A DNA stretch of 64,000 nucleotides from an uncultured SAR86 cluster bacterium (GTDB lineage: Bacteria; Pseudomonadota; Gammaproteobacteria; Magnimaribacterales; D2472): assembly GCA_902520495.1 (NCBI GenBank), contig CABYNW010000002.1, positions 610-64,609 of the forward strand, written 5' to 3'. Position 1 is the stretch's first letter, and every line of letters begins with the position of its first letter. Shown here in pieces: positions 40,264-48,413 of the stretch. Below the pieces are notes generated by a model, which made no database searches, was not told where the DNA came from, and saw only the letters and a program-made list of their open reading frames with translations. A program made the position numbers and the translations under genes.

Positions 40264-40282
40264 TTATTGCTGGAGAAAGATT

Positions 40283-41734
40283 ATGAAGAATTATTTATCT
40301 ATAGATCAAGGCACAACAAGCTCTCGGGCAATTATTTTTGACTCAAATTTAAAATTAGTTAGAGATTCCCAAAAAGAATACGATTTAAGTTATCCAAGAG
40401 ATGGATGGGTTGAGCTAGATCCTTTGGATATTATTGACACAGTCACTGAAACTGTTTCAAGTATTTTAAAAGAAAATGAAGAAATTGAAGCCTGTGGCAT
40501 TACCAATCAAAGAGAGACTACTATTGTTTGGTCCAAAAATACTGGCAAACCTATACATTCTGGAATTGTTTGGCAAGATCGAAGGACGCATGATTTATGT
40601 GATAAGTTAAAATCAGAAGGATACGAAGAGCTTATAACTGAAAAAACTGGGTTGCTATTAGATCCTTATTTTTCTGCTACTAAAATAAAATGGGTATTAG
40701 ATAATGTTGATGGCGCAAGAACTATGGCTGAAAAAGGCGATCTTCTTTTTGGTACTGTTGATACTTATCTTATATATATGCTTTCTAAAGAGAAGAATCA
40801 CTTTACAGATGTAACAAATGCATCTAGAACACTACTATTTAATATAAAAACTATGGATTGGGATGATGAACTGCTTGAATTATTTGATATTCCTAAATCG
40901 ATGATGCCAAATGTTTTAGCTTGCGACGATAACTTTGGAACTCTTTCTATTAAGGAACACGATATACCCATAAGAGGTGTGATTGGAGATCAGCAGGCAG
41001 CATTAGTTGGTCAAGACTGTTTTAATGAGGGAGACATGAAGTCAACTTATGGAACTGGATGTTTTTTGATGGTCAATACTGAGGAGAATCCAGTTGAAAT
41101 AAAAGAAGGGCTTTTAACGACAGTGGCTTATAAACTTGAAGGAAAAGTTCATTACGCTATTGAGGGGAGCATTTATTCATGCGGAAACATTATTAAATGG
41201 CTAAGAGATAAAATGAGATTTTTTGAATCTGCTAATGAAAGTGAAAATTTCCTTGAAAAAACAGGCAATTCTAATAATGTTTTATTTTTACCTGCATTTA
41301 ATGGTCTTGGTGCTCCTTTTTGGAATTCAGATATAAGAGGGGGCTTTTATGGCATTACTCAAGATACAACAATTAATGATATGACGACAGCATCTTTTCT
41401 AGCTATAACTTTCCAAACTAAAGAAATAACCTCTATTTTGGAAAAATATAATATTGAAATAAGCAAACTTCTTGTTGATGGCGGCATGATTCAAAATAAA
41501 ACTTTTTGCCAAGTTTTGTCAGATACACTTCAAAAAGAAATCATTAAGCCTGAAAATGTTGAATCAACTGCAGTTGGTGCGTGTAAAGTTGCTATGATTG
41601 GATCTGGAGAGGATATAATAAAACCATCAAGTTTAAACCTATCATCATTTAAGCCTAATAAAGATTTAAAAGACAAATATGCAGTAAACCATAAGGCTTG
41701 GAAAGAATATATCAGTGATTCGTTAAGAAATTAA
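40283..41734 (+). CDS. glpK: Glycerol kinase
   Basis: ATG 40283 follows GGAGAAAG and gives MKNYLSIDQGTTSSRAIIF, the canonical GlpK start. The track's GTG 40256 adds 9 unlikely codons. Confidence 0.93.
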   Translation: MKNYLSIDQGTTSSRAIIFDSNLKLVRDSQKEYDLSYPRDGWVELDPLDIIDTVTETVSSILKENEEIEACGITNQRETTIVWSKNTGKPIHSGIVWQDRRTHDLCDKLKSEGYEELITEKTGLLLDPYFSATKIKWVLDNVDGARTMAEKGDLLFGTVDTYLIYMLSKEKNHFTDVTNASRTLLFNIKTMDWDDELLELFDIPKSMMPNVLACDDNFGTLSIKEHDIPIRGVIGDQQAALVGQDCFNEGDMKSTYGTGCFLMVNTEENPVEIKEGLLTTVAYKLEGKVHYAIEGSIYSCGNIIKWLRDKMRFFESANESENFLEKTGNSNNVLFLPAFNGLGAPFWNSDIRGGFYGITQDTTINDMTTASFLAITFQTKEITSILEKYNIEISKLLVDGGMIQNKTFCQVLSDTLQKEIIKPENVESTAVGACKVAMIGSGEDIIKPSSLNLSSFKPNKDLKDKYAVNHKAWKEYISDSLRN

Positions 41735-42375
41735 TTTAGATTTATTGTTTTTGAGATTTTTAAAATTTCTAGCTGGTTTATGTCATGTGTAACTAAAACA
41801 CAAGGGATATTTAACTTTTGAATAATCTCTATTATTAATTTTTGAGAAGAAATAATGTTTTTAGAATCGAGATTTGAGAATGGCTCATCTAGTAAAAGAA
41901 GAGATGGTTTCATCAGAATAGCTCTAGCAAGGGCGACTCTCTGTTTTTGACCACCAGACAATTCATGAGGCATCTTATTAATATGATTGTGTAACCCAAG
42001 AGCGCTAACTACTTCATCATAAAGATCATTAAAATCCTTAGATATTGCATATTTTATATTTCTTTCAGAATTTATATGTGGAAATAGAGCAAAATCTTGA
42101 AAAACATAACCTATGTTTCTTTTTTCTGGCGCAACAAAGATATTTTTATCATTCAATGCAATTTCATTACATACAATAGATCCAATATCTGGTTTCATTA
42201 AGCCAGATATAATATTGAGGAGTGTTGATTTACCAATACCACTGTCCCCAGCGATAAGACCAACCTCATTTTTTTTAATCTCTAAGTTTAAATCTTTAAT
42301 TAAAAGATTATTATTAAAAGAAAAGGCTAAATTTTTTACTACTAGGCTCATATTAATATGTTTAATATATGTCAA
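41731..42375 (-). CDS. ABC transporter ATP-binding protein (importer-type NBD, no fused or adjacent permease)
   Basis: It has Walker A (GDSGIGKST), a Q-loop region (FQDFALFPH), the signature LSGGQKQR, Walker B (LLLLDEPF) and the H-loop (VTHD). An alternative start is ATG 42351 (MSLVVKNL). It overlaps the glpK 3' end by 4 nt. Confidence 0.8.
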   Translation of the reverse strand: MTYIKHINMSLVVKNLAFSFNNNLLIKDLNLEIKKNEVGLIAGDSGIGKSTLLNIISGLMKPDIGSIVCNEIALNDKNIFVAPEKRNIGYVFQDFALFPHINSERNIKYAISKDFNDLYDEVVSALGLHNHINKMPHELSGGQKQRVALARAILMKPSLLLLDEPFSNLDSKNIISSQKLIIEIIQKLNIPCVLVTHDINQLEILKISKTINLN

Positions 42376-42431
42376 TTTTATATATAATGCTTCTGTTTTT
42401 TTATCTCTCTTTAAATTAATCTATATAAAAA

Positions 42432-43607
42432 ATGTTTACCTACAAAATTTATAACAACATTGCACAAGAAGGTATAGACCAACTTGAAAGCCAAGGATTT
42501 AAAGCAGAAAAAAGTAATCCAGATGCAATATTAATAAGAAGTCATATATTAGCTGAGGGTGATTTTAACCAATCTTTGAAATGCATATGTAGAGCAGGCG
42601 CTGGAGTCAATCATATACCAATTAAAGCCGCTACAAAAAAAGGAGTAGTAGTTTTTAATACACCTGGCGGTAATGCCAATGCAGTAAAAGAGCTCGTTAT
42701 TTGCGGATTATTGCTTTCATCAAGGGGAATAATTCAAGGAAATTCATTTGCTCAAGAATTAGCAGATAAAGATTCTAAAGAATTAACTGATTTGGTAGAA
42801 ATAAACAAAAAAAACTTTAAAGGCACAGAGTTAAAAGGAAAGACGATTGGAATAATTGGGTTGGGTGCAATTGGCTCATTATTGGCACAATCAGTGGACA
42901 GTTTGGGTATGAAAATTATTGGATATGATCCAAGTATTTCCATAGATGCTGCATGGCAACTTCCCAAGGAAGTAGAAAAAGCAGAAGATTTAAAATATTT
43001 GTTATCAAATTCAGATTATATATCTGTTCATGTTCCATTAGCAGATGAAACAAAAGACCTCATCTCAAAAGATGTAATTAAATTTATTAAACCTGGCGCT
43101 AAATTAATTAATTTATCAAGAGGTGCTATTGTTAATAATCTTGATGTCTTAGATGCATTGGAAAATAATAAAATTAGCTGTTTTGTAACAGATTTTCCCA
43201 CACCTGAAATGGTAAAGAGATCTATAGAGTTTTCTGATGTGATTCTTCTTCCACATCTTGGGGCAAGTACTAAAGAAGCAGAAATTAACTGTGCAATTAT
43301 GGCCGCTGATCAAGCAAGCAGATTTCTAAAAGATGGTGAAATAATTAATTCTGTTAATTTTCCAAGAGTAAAACTAAGCAGAAAAACTGAATATAGATTA
43401 GTAATAATACACAAAGATGAGCCTGGCGTTATTGGTAGCATTACTGCAGAGATAGCATCTCATAACATAAATATTCCTGACATGATTAATAAAAGTAGGG
43501 ATGAGATTGCCATCACTGTTATAGACTTAGATCAAAAACCAAGCCAAGAAATAATTAAGAATTTAAATAATACTTCTAGCATTTTAAATGTAAGAGTATG
43601 CGAATAA
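42432..43607 (+). CDS. serA: D-3-phosphoglycerate dehydrogenase (with C-terminal ACT domain)
   Basis: It has the 2-hydroxyacid dehydrogenase fold, a GIIGLGAIGS NAD-binding site, the catalytic R/E/H pattern (LSRGAIV...PHLGAST) and an ACT-like tail. Confidence 0.9.
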   Translation: MFTYKIYNNIAQEGIDQLESQGFKAEKSNPDAILIRSHILAEGDFNQSLKCICRAGAGVNHIPIKAATKKGVVVFNTPGGNANAVKELVICGLLLSSRGIIQGNSFAQELADKDSKELTDLVEINKKNFKGTELKGKTIGIIGLGAIGSLLAQSVDSLGMKIIGYDPSISIDAAWQLPKEVEKAEDLKYLLSNSDYISVHVPLADETKDLISKDVIKFIKPGAKLINLSRGAIVNNLDVLDALENNKISCFVTDFPTPEMVKRSIEFSDVILLPHLGASTKEAEINCAIMAADQASRFLKDGEIINSVNFPRVKLSRKTEYRLVIIHKDEPGVIGSITAEIASHNINIPDMINKSRDEIAITVIDLDQKPSQEIIKNLNNTSSILNVRVCE

Positions 43608-43851
43608 TTAGTAATTTTTTATAAACAAATGTCTTAAATCAAACTTTATTTAACTTTATTTAAAAAAACACTTGTCAACAGAAAAAATAAGTGTTATTGA
43701 CGGCATGTTTATCTGTAAAGAAATTAGACATATTTTAAGCTAAAAATTATTTAAAATACTGATATGCGGTTGTTTTATATAAAATTGTATAAAATTTATA
43801 CAACTTCTATAAAAGCCTTATTTAAAGCAGATTTATGTGGTATAAAGAAAG

Positions 43852-43886
43852 TTATCCATAACTTTATCCACAGATTCTGTGGATAA
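43852..43886. promoter_or_regulatory. Cluster of three DnaA boxes
   Basis: The boxes are TTATCCATA (43852-43860, 8/9), TTATCCACA (43864-43872, 9/9) and the inverted TGTGGATAA (43878-43886, 9/9). The last box ends 14 nt before the ung ATG. Confidence 0.6.
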
Positions 43887-43900
43887 AATTTATATTAAAA

Positions 43901-44578
43901 ATGAATAAGTTGCTTAAAAATATATCAATACCAAATGATTGGCTTATTGAGCTAAAAAAACATGAGACAACTAATAATCTAGGGGAAGTAATTTCATTTT
44001 TAAATAGAGAAATTCTTGATAATAAAGAGATATCTCCTGCGGGCGAAGATATTTTTAATGCTTTTAAATATTGTAACTTTATGTCGACCAAAGTTGTAAT
44101 ATTTGGGCAAGATCCTTATTTCCAAAATGGCGTTGCTAATGGTTTGGCATTTTCTGTTAACAAAAATGAACCGATCCCTGCATCATTAAAAAATATATAC
44201 AAAGAAATAGAAAATGATATTGGCCCTACAAAAAATAAAAGCGGCTGCTTAAAGAGCTGGGCAAAACAGGGAGTCCTTTTATTAAATAGTTCTTTAACTG
44301 TAGAAATATCTAAACCAGGATCTCACTCCAAGATTGGATGGAATAAATTTATTTTAGATATTATTAAATTAATTAATAATAAATCCAATATTGTTTTTAT
44401 TTTATGGGGAAAGCACTCACAAAAGTACTCAAAATATATCAATAATAAAAATCATTTGATTTTGGTTGCACCTCACCCATCACCTCTTTCTGCCTATCGT
44501 GGATTTTTTGGCTCCAAACATTTCTCAAGATGTAATAACTATTTAAAACAAAATAACTTAAGTGAAATTGAGTGGTAA
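43901..44578 (+). CDS. ung: Uracil-DNA glycosylase (family 1)
   Basis: It has the GQDPY water-activating loop, the GVLLLN block and the HPSPLS leucine-intercalation loop. It is 225 aa long. Confidence 0.93.
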   Translation: MNKLLKNISIPNDWLIELKKHETTNNLGEVISFLNREILDNKEISPAGEDIFNAFKYCNFMSTKVVIFGQDPYFQNGVANGLAFSVNKNEPIPASLKNIYKEIENDIGPTKNKSGCLKSWAKQGVLLLNSSLTVEISKPGSHSKIGWNKFILDIIKLINNKSNIVFILWGKHSQKYSKYINNKNHLILVAPHPSPLSAYRGFFGSKHFSRCNNYLKQNNLSEIEW

Positions 44579-44580
44579 CT

Positions 44581-45372
44581 TTAGATAATTTCTATAATGT
44601 TTAAATTTTTTCGGATTTTCTCTAATTGATCTCTTTTAATTATTGCATTAAATATCTTCAAATCTTTTAGATTAATAATTTTTCCAATTATATTAATAAC
44701 TTCATCCATCTTATAATCATTATTAACAATAAAAGTACAGAATCTTCTCCTGTCAACACCAATATATTTCATTCTAGCAACAATTTCTTGCCCTCGATAA
44801 CATCCTTTATCAAACGAAACTCTCAAATTGTCATAATTAATTTCAACAGGTCTGTATTTTTTGGTATCTTCAATTTGCATAAAGAAATTACGCAACATTT
44901 TATTTGCTGCATGCCAATCATCAGAACTAATTGAATCACTAATAGAAAAATCAGAATTTTCAATAGATATTGCAGTCTCAATATCTTTATTCGAAGAATA
45001 TGGCTGTTTTAAACTGTCTTTTGAAGAAACTTTGCCAATAACTATGCTATTAGTGTTTTCTATTTCAATCTTATGAAGTTTTGCAAATGGACTTAATTCT
45101 TCTATAAGAATTTCTTTAAGTGTGCTGTTAATTACTAATCTATACTCATTATTATCTTTATTAATAATAAAATCTGCTATTACCTGCCCTTTGTGATTGC
45201 AGATGGATGATAGTTGAAATGATCCATCCACCATTTGAGTATGATCTGAGGTTACTTGTCCTTGAAGGAATCCATCCACGCTATTAATGTCGCCAATTAA
45301 TTTAACGACTTTTAGTTCTTTAATAAATAAAGCGCCATATTTTATAAAGTTATTATGTGTATCTTTTTTCAA
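44581..45372 (-). CDS. ygfZ: Folate-binding Fe-S cluster repair / tRNA-modification protein YgfZ
   Basis: It has the KGCYRGQE motif near the C-terminus and is divergently paired with sdhE, as in E. coli. Confidence 0.8.
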   Translation of the reverse strand: MKKDTHNNFIKYGALFIKELKVVKLIGDINSVDGFLQGQVTSDHTQMVDGSFQLSSICNHKGQVIADFIINKDNNEYRLVINSTLKEILIEELSPFAKLHKIEIENTNSIVIGKVSSKDSLKQPYSSNKDIETAISIENSDFSISDSISSDDWHAANKMLRNFFMQIEDTKKYRPVEINYDNLRVSFDKGCYRGQEIVARMKYIGVDRRRFCTFIVNNDYKMDEVINIIGKIINLKDLKIFNAIIKRDQLEKIRKNLNIIEII

Positions 45373-45406
45373 GTAAAATTAATGTTATAAAATTATATTT
45401 TAACCA

Positions 45407-45664
45407 ATGAACATGGAAATAAACAGAATTCTATGGAAGTGTAGAAGAGGCATGAGGGAAATCGACCTTCTTTTGAGAGAATTTTCACGAAATAAACTTT
45501 ATCAATTAAATAAAGAGGAATTATTAATACTAGAGCAGGTATTGAGTTATGATGATCAAAAGTTATATGACTTTATCTTCAAAAATACTTCTCTTGATAA
45601 CAACATTCATGAAAATTTTATAAATAAATTTTTAAAAACATTTACTAAACAAGGAAACTTTTAG
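45407..45664 (+). CDS. sdhE: FAD assembly factor SdhE (YgfY)
   Basis: It has WKCRRGMREIDLLL (the RGxxE motif) and is 85 aa long. Confidence 0.85.
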   Translation: MNMEINRILWKCRRGMREIDLLLREFSRNKLYQLNKEELLILEQVLSYDDQKLYDFIFKNTSLDNNIHENFINKFLKTFTKQGNF

Positions 45665-45681
45665 GCTTATTTATTGTCAGA
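45653..45681 (+). promoter_or_regulatory. Possible sigma-E/AlgU-type autoregulated promoter of rpoE
   Basis: The sequence GGAAACTT-N16-TCAGA compares with the GAACTT-N16/17-TCTGA consensus. The -35 element lies within the last codons of sdhE, about 20 nt upstream of the rpoE Shine-Dalgarno sequence and ATG. Confidence 0.4.
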
Positions 45682-45702
45682 AGGCATAGGAAACATAATT
45701 AA

Positions 45703-46278
45703 ATGAAACAAAATTCAAATGATATTGATTCCGCTTTAATTAAAAAAGTAAAAAAAGGTGATAAAGGAGCTTTTAATTTTCTAGTGAATAAATACTATCC
45801 AAGGGTTTACGCTTCTCTATTTTCTTTTACAAGATCAAAAGAAGATTCTGAAGATTTAGCCCAACAAACATTTTTAAAAGTTTGGCAACAAATTGAATCT
45901 TTTAGAGGTGATAGCGCTTTTTTTACTTGGGTATATAGAATCGCAATAAATCTTGCTAAAAATTATGTTGTTAGTTCAAGCTACAAAAAACAAAAAGTGA
46001 ATACTTCAATTGAATATGCTGAAATTGAAATAAGCTCGTATGAAAATATAGAGTCTGTTCTTATGCATGATCAATCAATGGAAGAAATAAGAAATTTTAT
46101 AAATTCAATGCCAGAATCACTAAAAACTGCTTTTACATTGAGAGAATCTGGTGGAAAAAGCTACGAGGAGATTAGTAATATTACTGCGACTCCAATTGGA
46201 ACAGTGCGCTCTAGGATTTTCAGAGCTAGAGAATCTATAATTGAATTTATGCAAAAGGAGCTTATTGATAATGAATGA
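45703..46278 (+). CDS. rpoE: ECF sigma factor RpoE/AlgU
   Basis: It has sigma-70 region 2 (FNFLVNKYYPRVY...DLAQQTFLKVW) and a region 4 HTH (SYEEISNITATPIGTVRSRIFRAR). It is followed by an anti-sigma gene and a protease gene. Confidence 0.85.
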   Translation: MKQNSNDIDSALIKKVKKGDKGAFNFLVNKYYPRVYASLFSFTRSKEDSEDLAQQTFLKVWQQIESFRGDSAFFTWVYRIAINLAKNYVVSSSYKKQKVNTSIEYAEIEISSYENIESVLMHDQSMEEIRNFINSMPESLKTAFTLRESGGKSYEEISNITATPIGTVRSRIFRARESIIEFMQKELIDNE

Positions 46279-46954
46279 CATAAATGAAAAGATTTCAGCA
46301 TTATATGATGATGAGCTTAATCAGGATGAAATAGATAGCTTATTAAAAATAACCAGTAATGATCCCATGCTTCAAAAGAGACTTTCCATGTATGGCATGA
46401 TTGGACACGTGTTGAATGTTGAAAAAAAGGAACTGATATCAATAAATTCTAAACAAAACTCTAAAAAAGAATTATTTTCGAATATTTGGTTAACCAATTC
46501 ATTAACCGCAGCTGCATCAATACTCTTAACATTAACATTTGTTAATAATACTGATTTATCAAGAATGAATATAAGCAATTCTTCTACAGAACAAATAACA
46601 TCAGCAATCAATAGTAAAGAGGCTAAAGAGGTGGTGGTTAAATCTGAAGAATTCCTAACCGATTACATTATGAGAGTAATAAATGACCCGAATTTTATGA
46701 ACACCAATAAACCTATGGATCTTAGAAATGTTGGCTTTATGACAAATTCTGCAAAGAGCTCTGTTTACTCAAGAGGAAAGGAGAATTTTAAGATACGTAT
46801 TGAAAAAAATAATTTTGGTCTTAAAAAAATAAGATATTGGAAACATGAAAACAAAATGATTTATCTCGTACCTATATCTAATGACAGAACTGTAACGATC
46901 TATGGAAATATTCCTTTATCAACAGCCGTTTCCATAGCAAAATCAATTACCTAA
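46271..46954 (+). CDS. Anti-sigma-E factor, RseA/MucA-like N-domain with divergent periplasmic domain
   Basis: ATG 46271 overlaps the rpoE stop. The N-terminus MNDINEKISALYDDELNQDE...MYGMIGHVL matches the RseA_N pattern. It has one TM segment (IWLTNSLTAAASILLTLTFV) and an unrecognised C-terminal domain of about 130 aa. Confidence 0.6.
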   Translation: MNDINEKISALYDDELNQDEIDSLLKITSNDPMLQKRLSMYGMIGHVLNVEKKELISINSKQNSKKELFSNIWLTNSLTAAASILLTLTFVNNTDLSRMNISNSSTEQITSAINSKEAKEVVVKSEEFLTDYIMRVINDPNFMNTNKPMDLRNVGFMTNSAKSSVYSRGKENFKIRIEKNNFGLKKIRYWKHENKMIYLVPISNDRTVTIYGNIPLSTAVSIAKSIT

Positions 46955-46961
46955 AATAAAT

Positions 46962-48359
46962 ATGTTAAAACTTAAATTAAATAAATTTTTTATATTAGTT
47001 CTTCTAGTATCATCATATGTTCATTCCGCATTACCAGAAAATATCTCTGAACTTGTTGAAGAGTCTGCACCTGCGGTAGTAAATATAACTGCTAAGAAAG
47101 AAGTCTCACAAAGATCTACATTTGGTTATGGTGGAATACCTGATGAAATGTTAGAAAGATTTGGAATACCTAGAGAGTTTAGAGAGATGCCTCAGCAAAA
47201 AAAAGAGGCAGTATCTTATGGCTCAGGATTTATTTTAAAAGATAATTTTATTATGACTAACTTCCATGTTGTAGAAGATGCGTCCGAAGTAATTGTCTCT
47301 TTATCAGATAGAAGAGAATTTATAGCAGAGGTTATAGGCGTTGATCCTCTTTCAGATCTTGCTGTTTTGGAGGTAAAAGGAAAGAACTTACCTTCAATTG
47401 AAGTTGGTGATAGTGATGAATTGAAAGTTGGAGATTGGGTGATTGCTATTGGCTCACCATTTAGTTTTGATTTTTCAGTTACAGCTGGAATTGTAAGCGC
47501 TAAAGGAAGAAGTATACAAAATAATAATATTGGTAATTATGTCCCTTTTCTTCAAACAGATGTAGCTATTAATCCTGGAAATTCTGGTGGACCATTATTT
47601 AACCTAAATGGAGAAGTTGTTGGTATTAATTCACAAATTTATTCAAGAAGTGGAGGCTATCAAGGCCTTGCATTTGCAATACCAATTAATGTAGCAGTTG
47701 ATGTTGCTGATCAAATTATATCTAGCGGAGAAGTTTCAAGAGGGTATCTTGGTGTAAGAATGAGTGAAGTGGATAGTGATCTTGCTGATGCACTTGGTAT
47801 GAAGAAACCATACGGAGCTTTAATTAATGATGTGGAGGAAGGTGAGTCTGCCGATTTGGCTGGATTGCTGCCTGGAGACGTGATAATAGAATTTGATCAA
47901 AAGCAAATCAAATTTAGTACAGATTTACCTCATGTTGTTGGTCAGATTAAACCAGATACGCAGGCCTATGCAAAAGTTATTAGAGATGGCCAGGAAATAA
48001 CCTTAGACTTTATTTTAGGTCAATTACCTGTAAACAATGAAACATTTATCCCTGCAAAAGTACAAACATCATCTGATCCAATTGGCCTAAAGGTTGCAGA
48101 TATTGATAGAGATAATCCTTCTATGGCAAATATGCCTGATGGTGTGATTGTTTCAAGAGTGAATCCAAACTCTCCTGCTTCCGGAAAAGTGAATAGGGGC
48201 GATGTAATTACAATGATTCAATTTAAAGGCAAAAAGTATCAGGTTTTTAATGTAACATCCTTCAACCAGGCAATAGAAGAATTTTCTACTGGTGACAAGG
48301 TTGCAGTTCATCTTATAAGAGGTGGTAATAGATTTATACGCTCTATAACTCTTAACTAG
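46962..48359 (+). CDS. HtrA-family periplasmic serine endoprotease (DegP/DegQ/MucD type, two PDZ domains)
   Basis: It has a signal peptide, a catalytic triad context (TNFHVV, D, GNSGGPL) and two PDZ-like regions. Confidence 0.9.
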   Translation: MLKLKLNKFFILVLLVSSYVHSALPENISELVEESAPAVVNITAKKEVSQRSTFGYGGIPDEMLERFGIPREFREMPQQKKEAVSYGSGFILKDNFIMTNFHVVEDASEVIVSLSDRREFIAEVIGVDPLSDLAVLEVKGKNLPSIEVGDSDELKVGDWVIAIGSPFSFDFSVTAGIVSAKGRSIQNNNIGNYVPFLQTDVAINPGNSGGPLFNLNGEVVGINSQIYSRSGGYQGLAFAIPINVAVDVADQIISSGEVSRGYLGVRMSEVDSDLADALGMKKPYGALINDVEEGESADLAGLLPGDVIIEFDQKQIKFSTDLPHVVGQIKPDTQAYAKVIRDGQEITLDFILGQLPVNNETFIPAKVQTSSDPIGLKVADIDRDNPSMANMPDGVIVSRVNPNSPASGKVNRGDVITMIQFKGKKYQVFNVTSFNQAIEEFSTGDKVAVHLIRGGNRFIRSITLN

Positions 48360-48413
48360 AACTTGTCATAGGATACTTATTTCTTTAGTTTGCTTGTAAA
48401 ATAGCAGCAAATT

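Noticed and set aside
43667-43701. Hairpin AACACTT-N15-AAGTGTT after serA as a terminator
   Set aside because: It has a 7-bp A/T-rich stem with a 15-nt loop and no following T-tract. It is not convincing as an intrinsic terminator.
43764-43886. 40-codon ORF (MRLFYIKLYKIY...) running through the DnaA boxes
   Set aside because: It has no Shine-Dalgarno sequence and an extremely AT-rich, low-complexity composition. Its frame is created by the repeat and box sequences themselves.
43608-43900. Chromosomal replication origin (oriC), suggested by DnaA boxes plus AT-rich tandem repeats
   Set aside because: Gene orientation does not switch here. About three quarters of the coding sequence upstream is on the + strand, including groESL, the rpsP operon, ileS and lysS. 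So is nearly all coding sequence downstream. An origin should have leftward-facing genes on its left. The site is kept as a non-origin DnaA-site finding.
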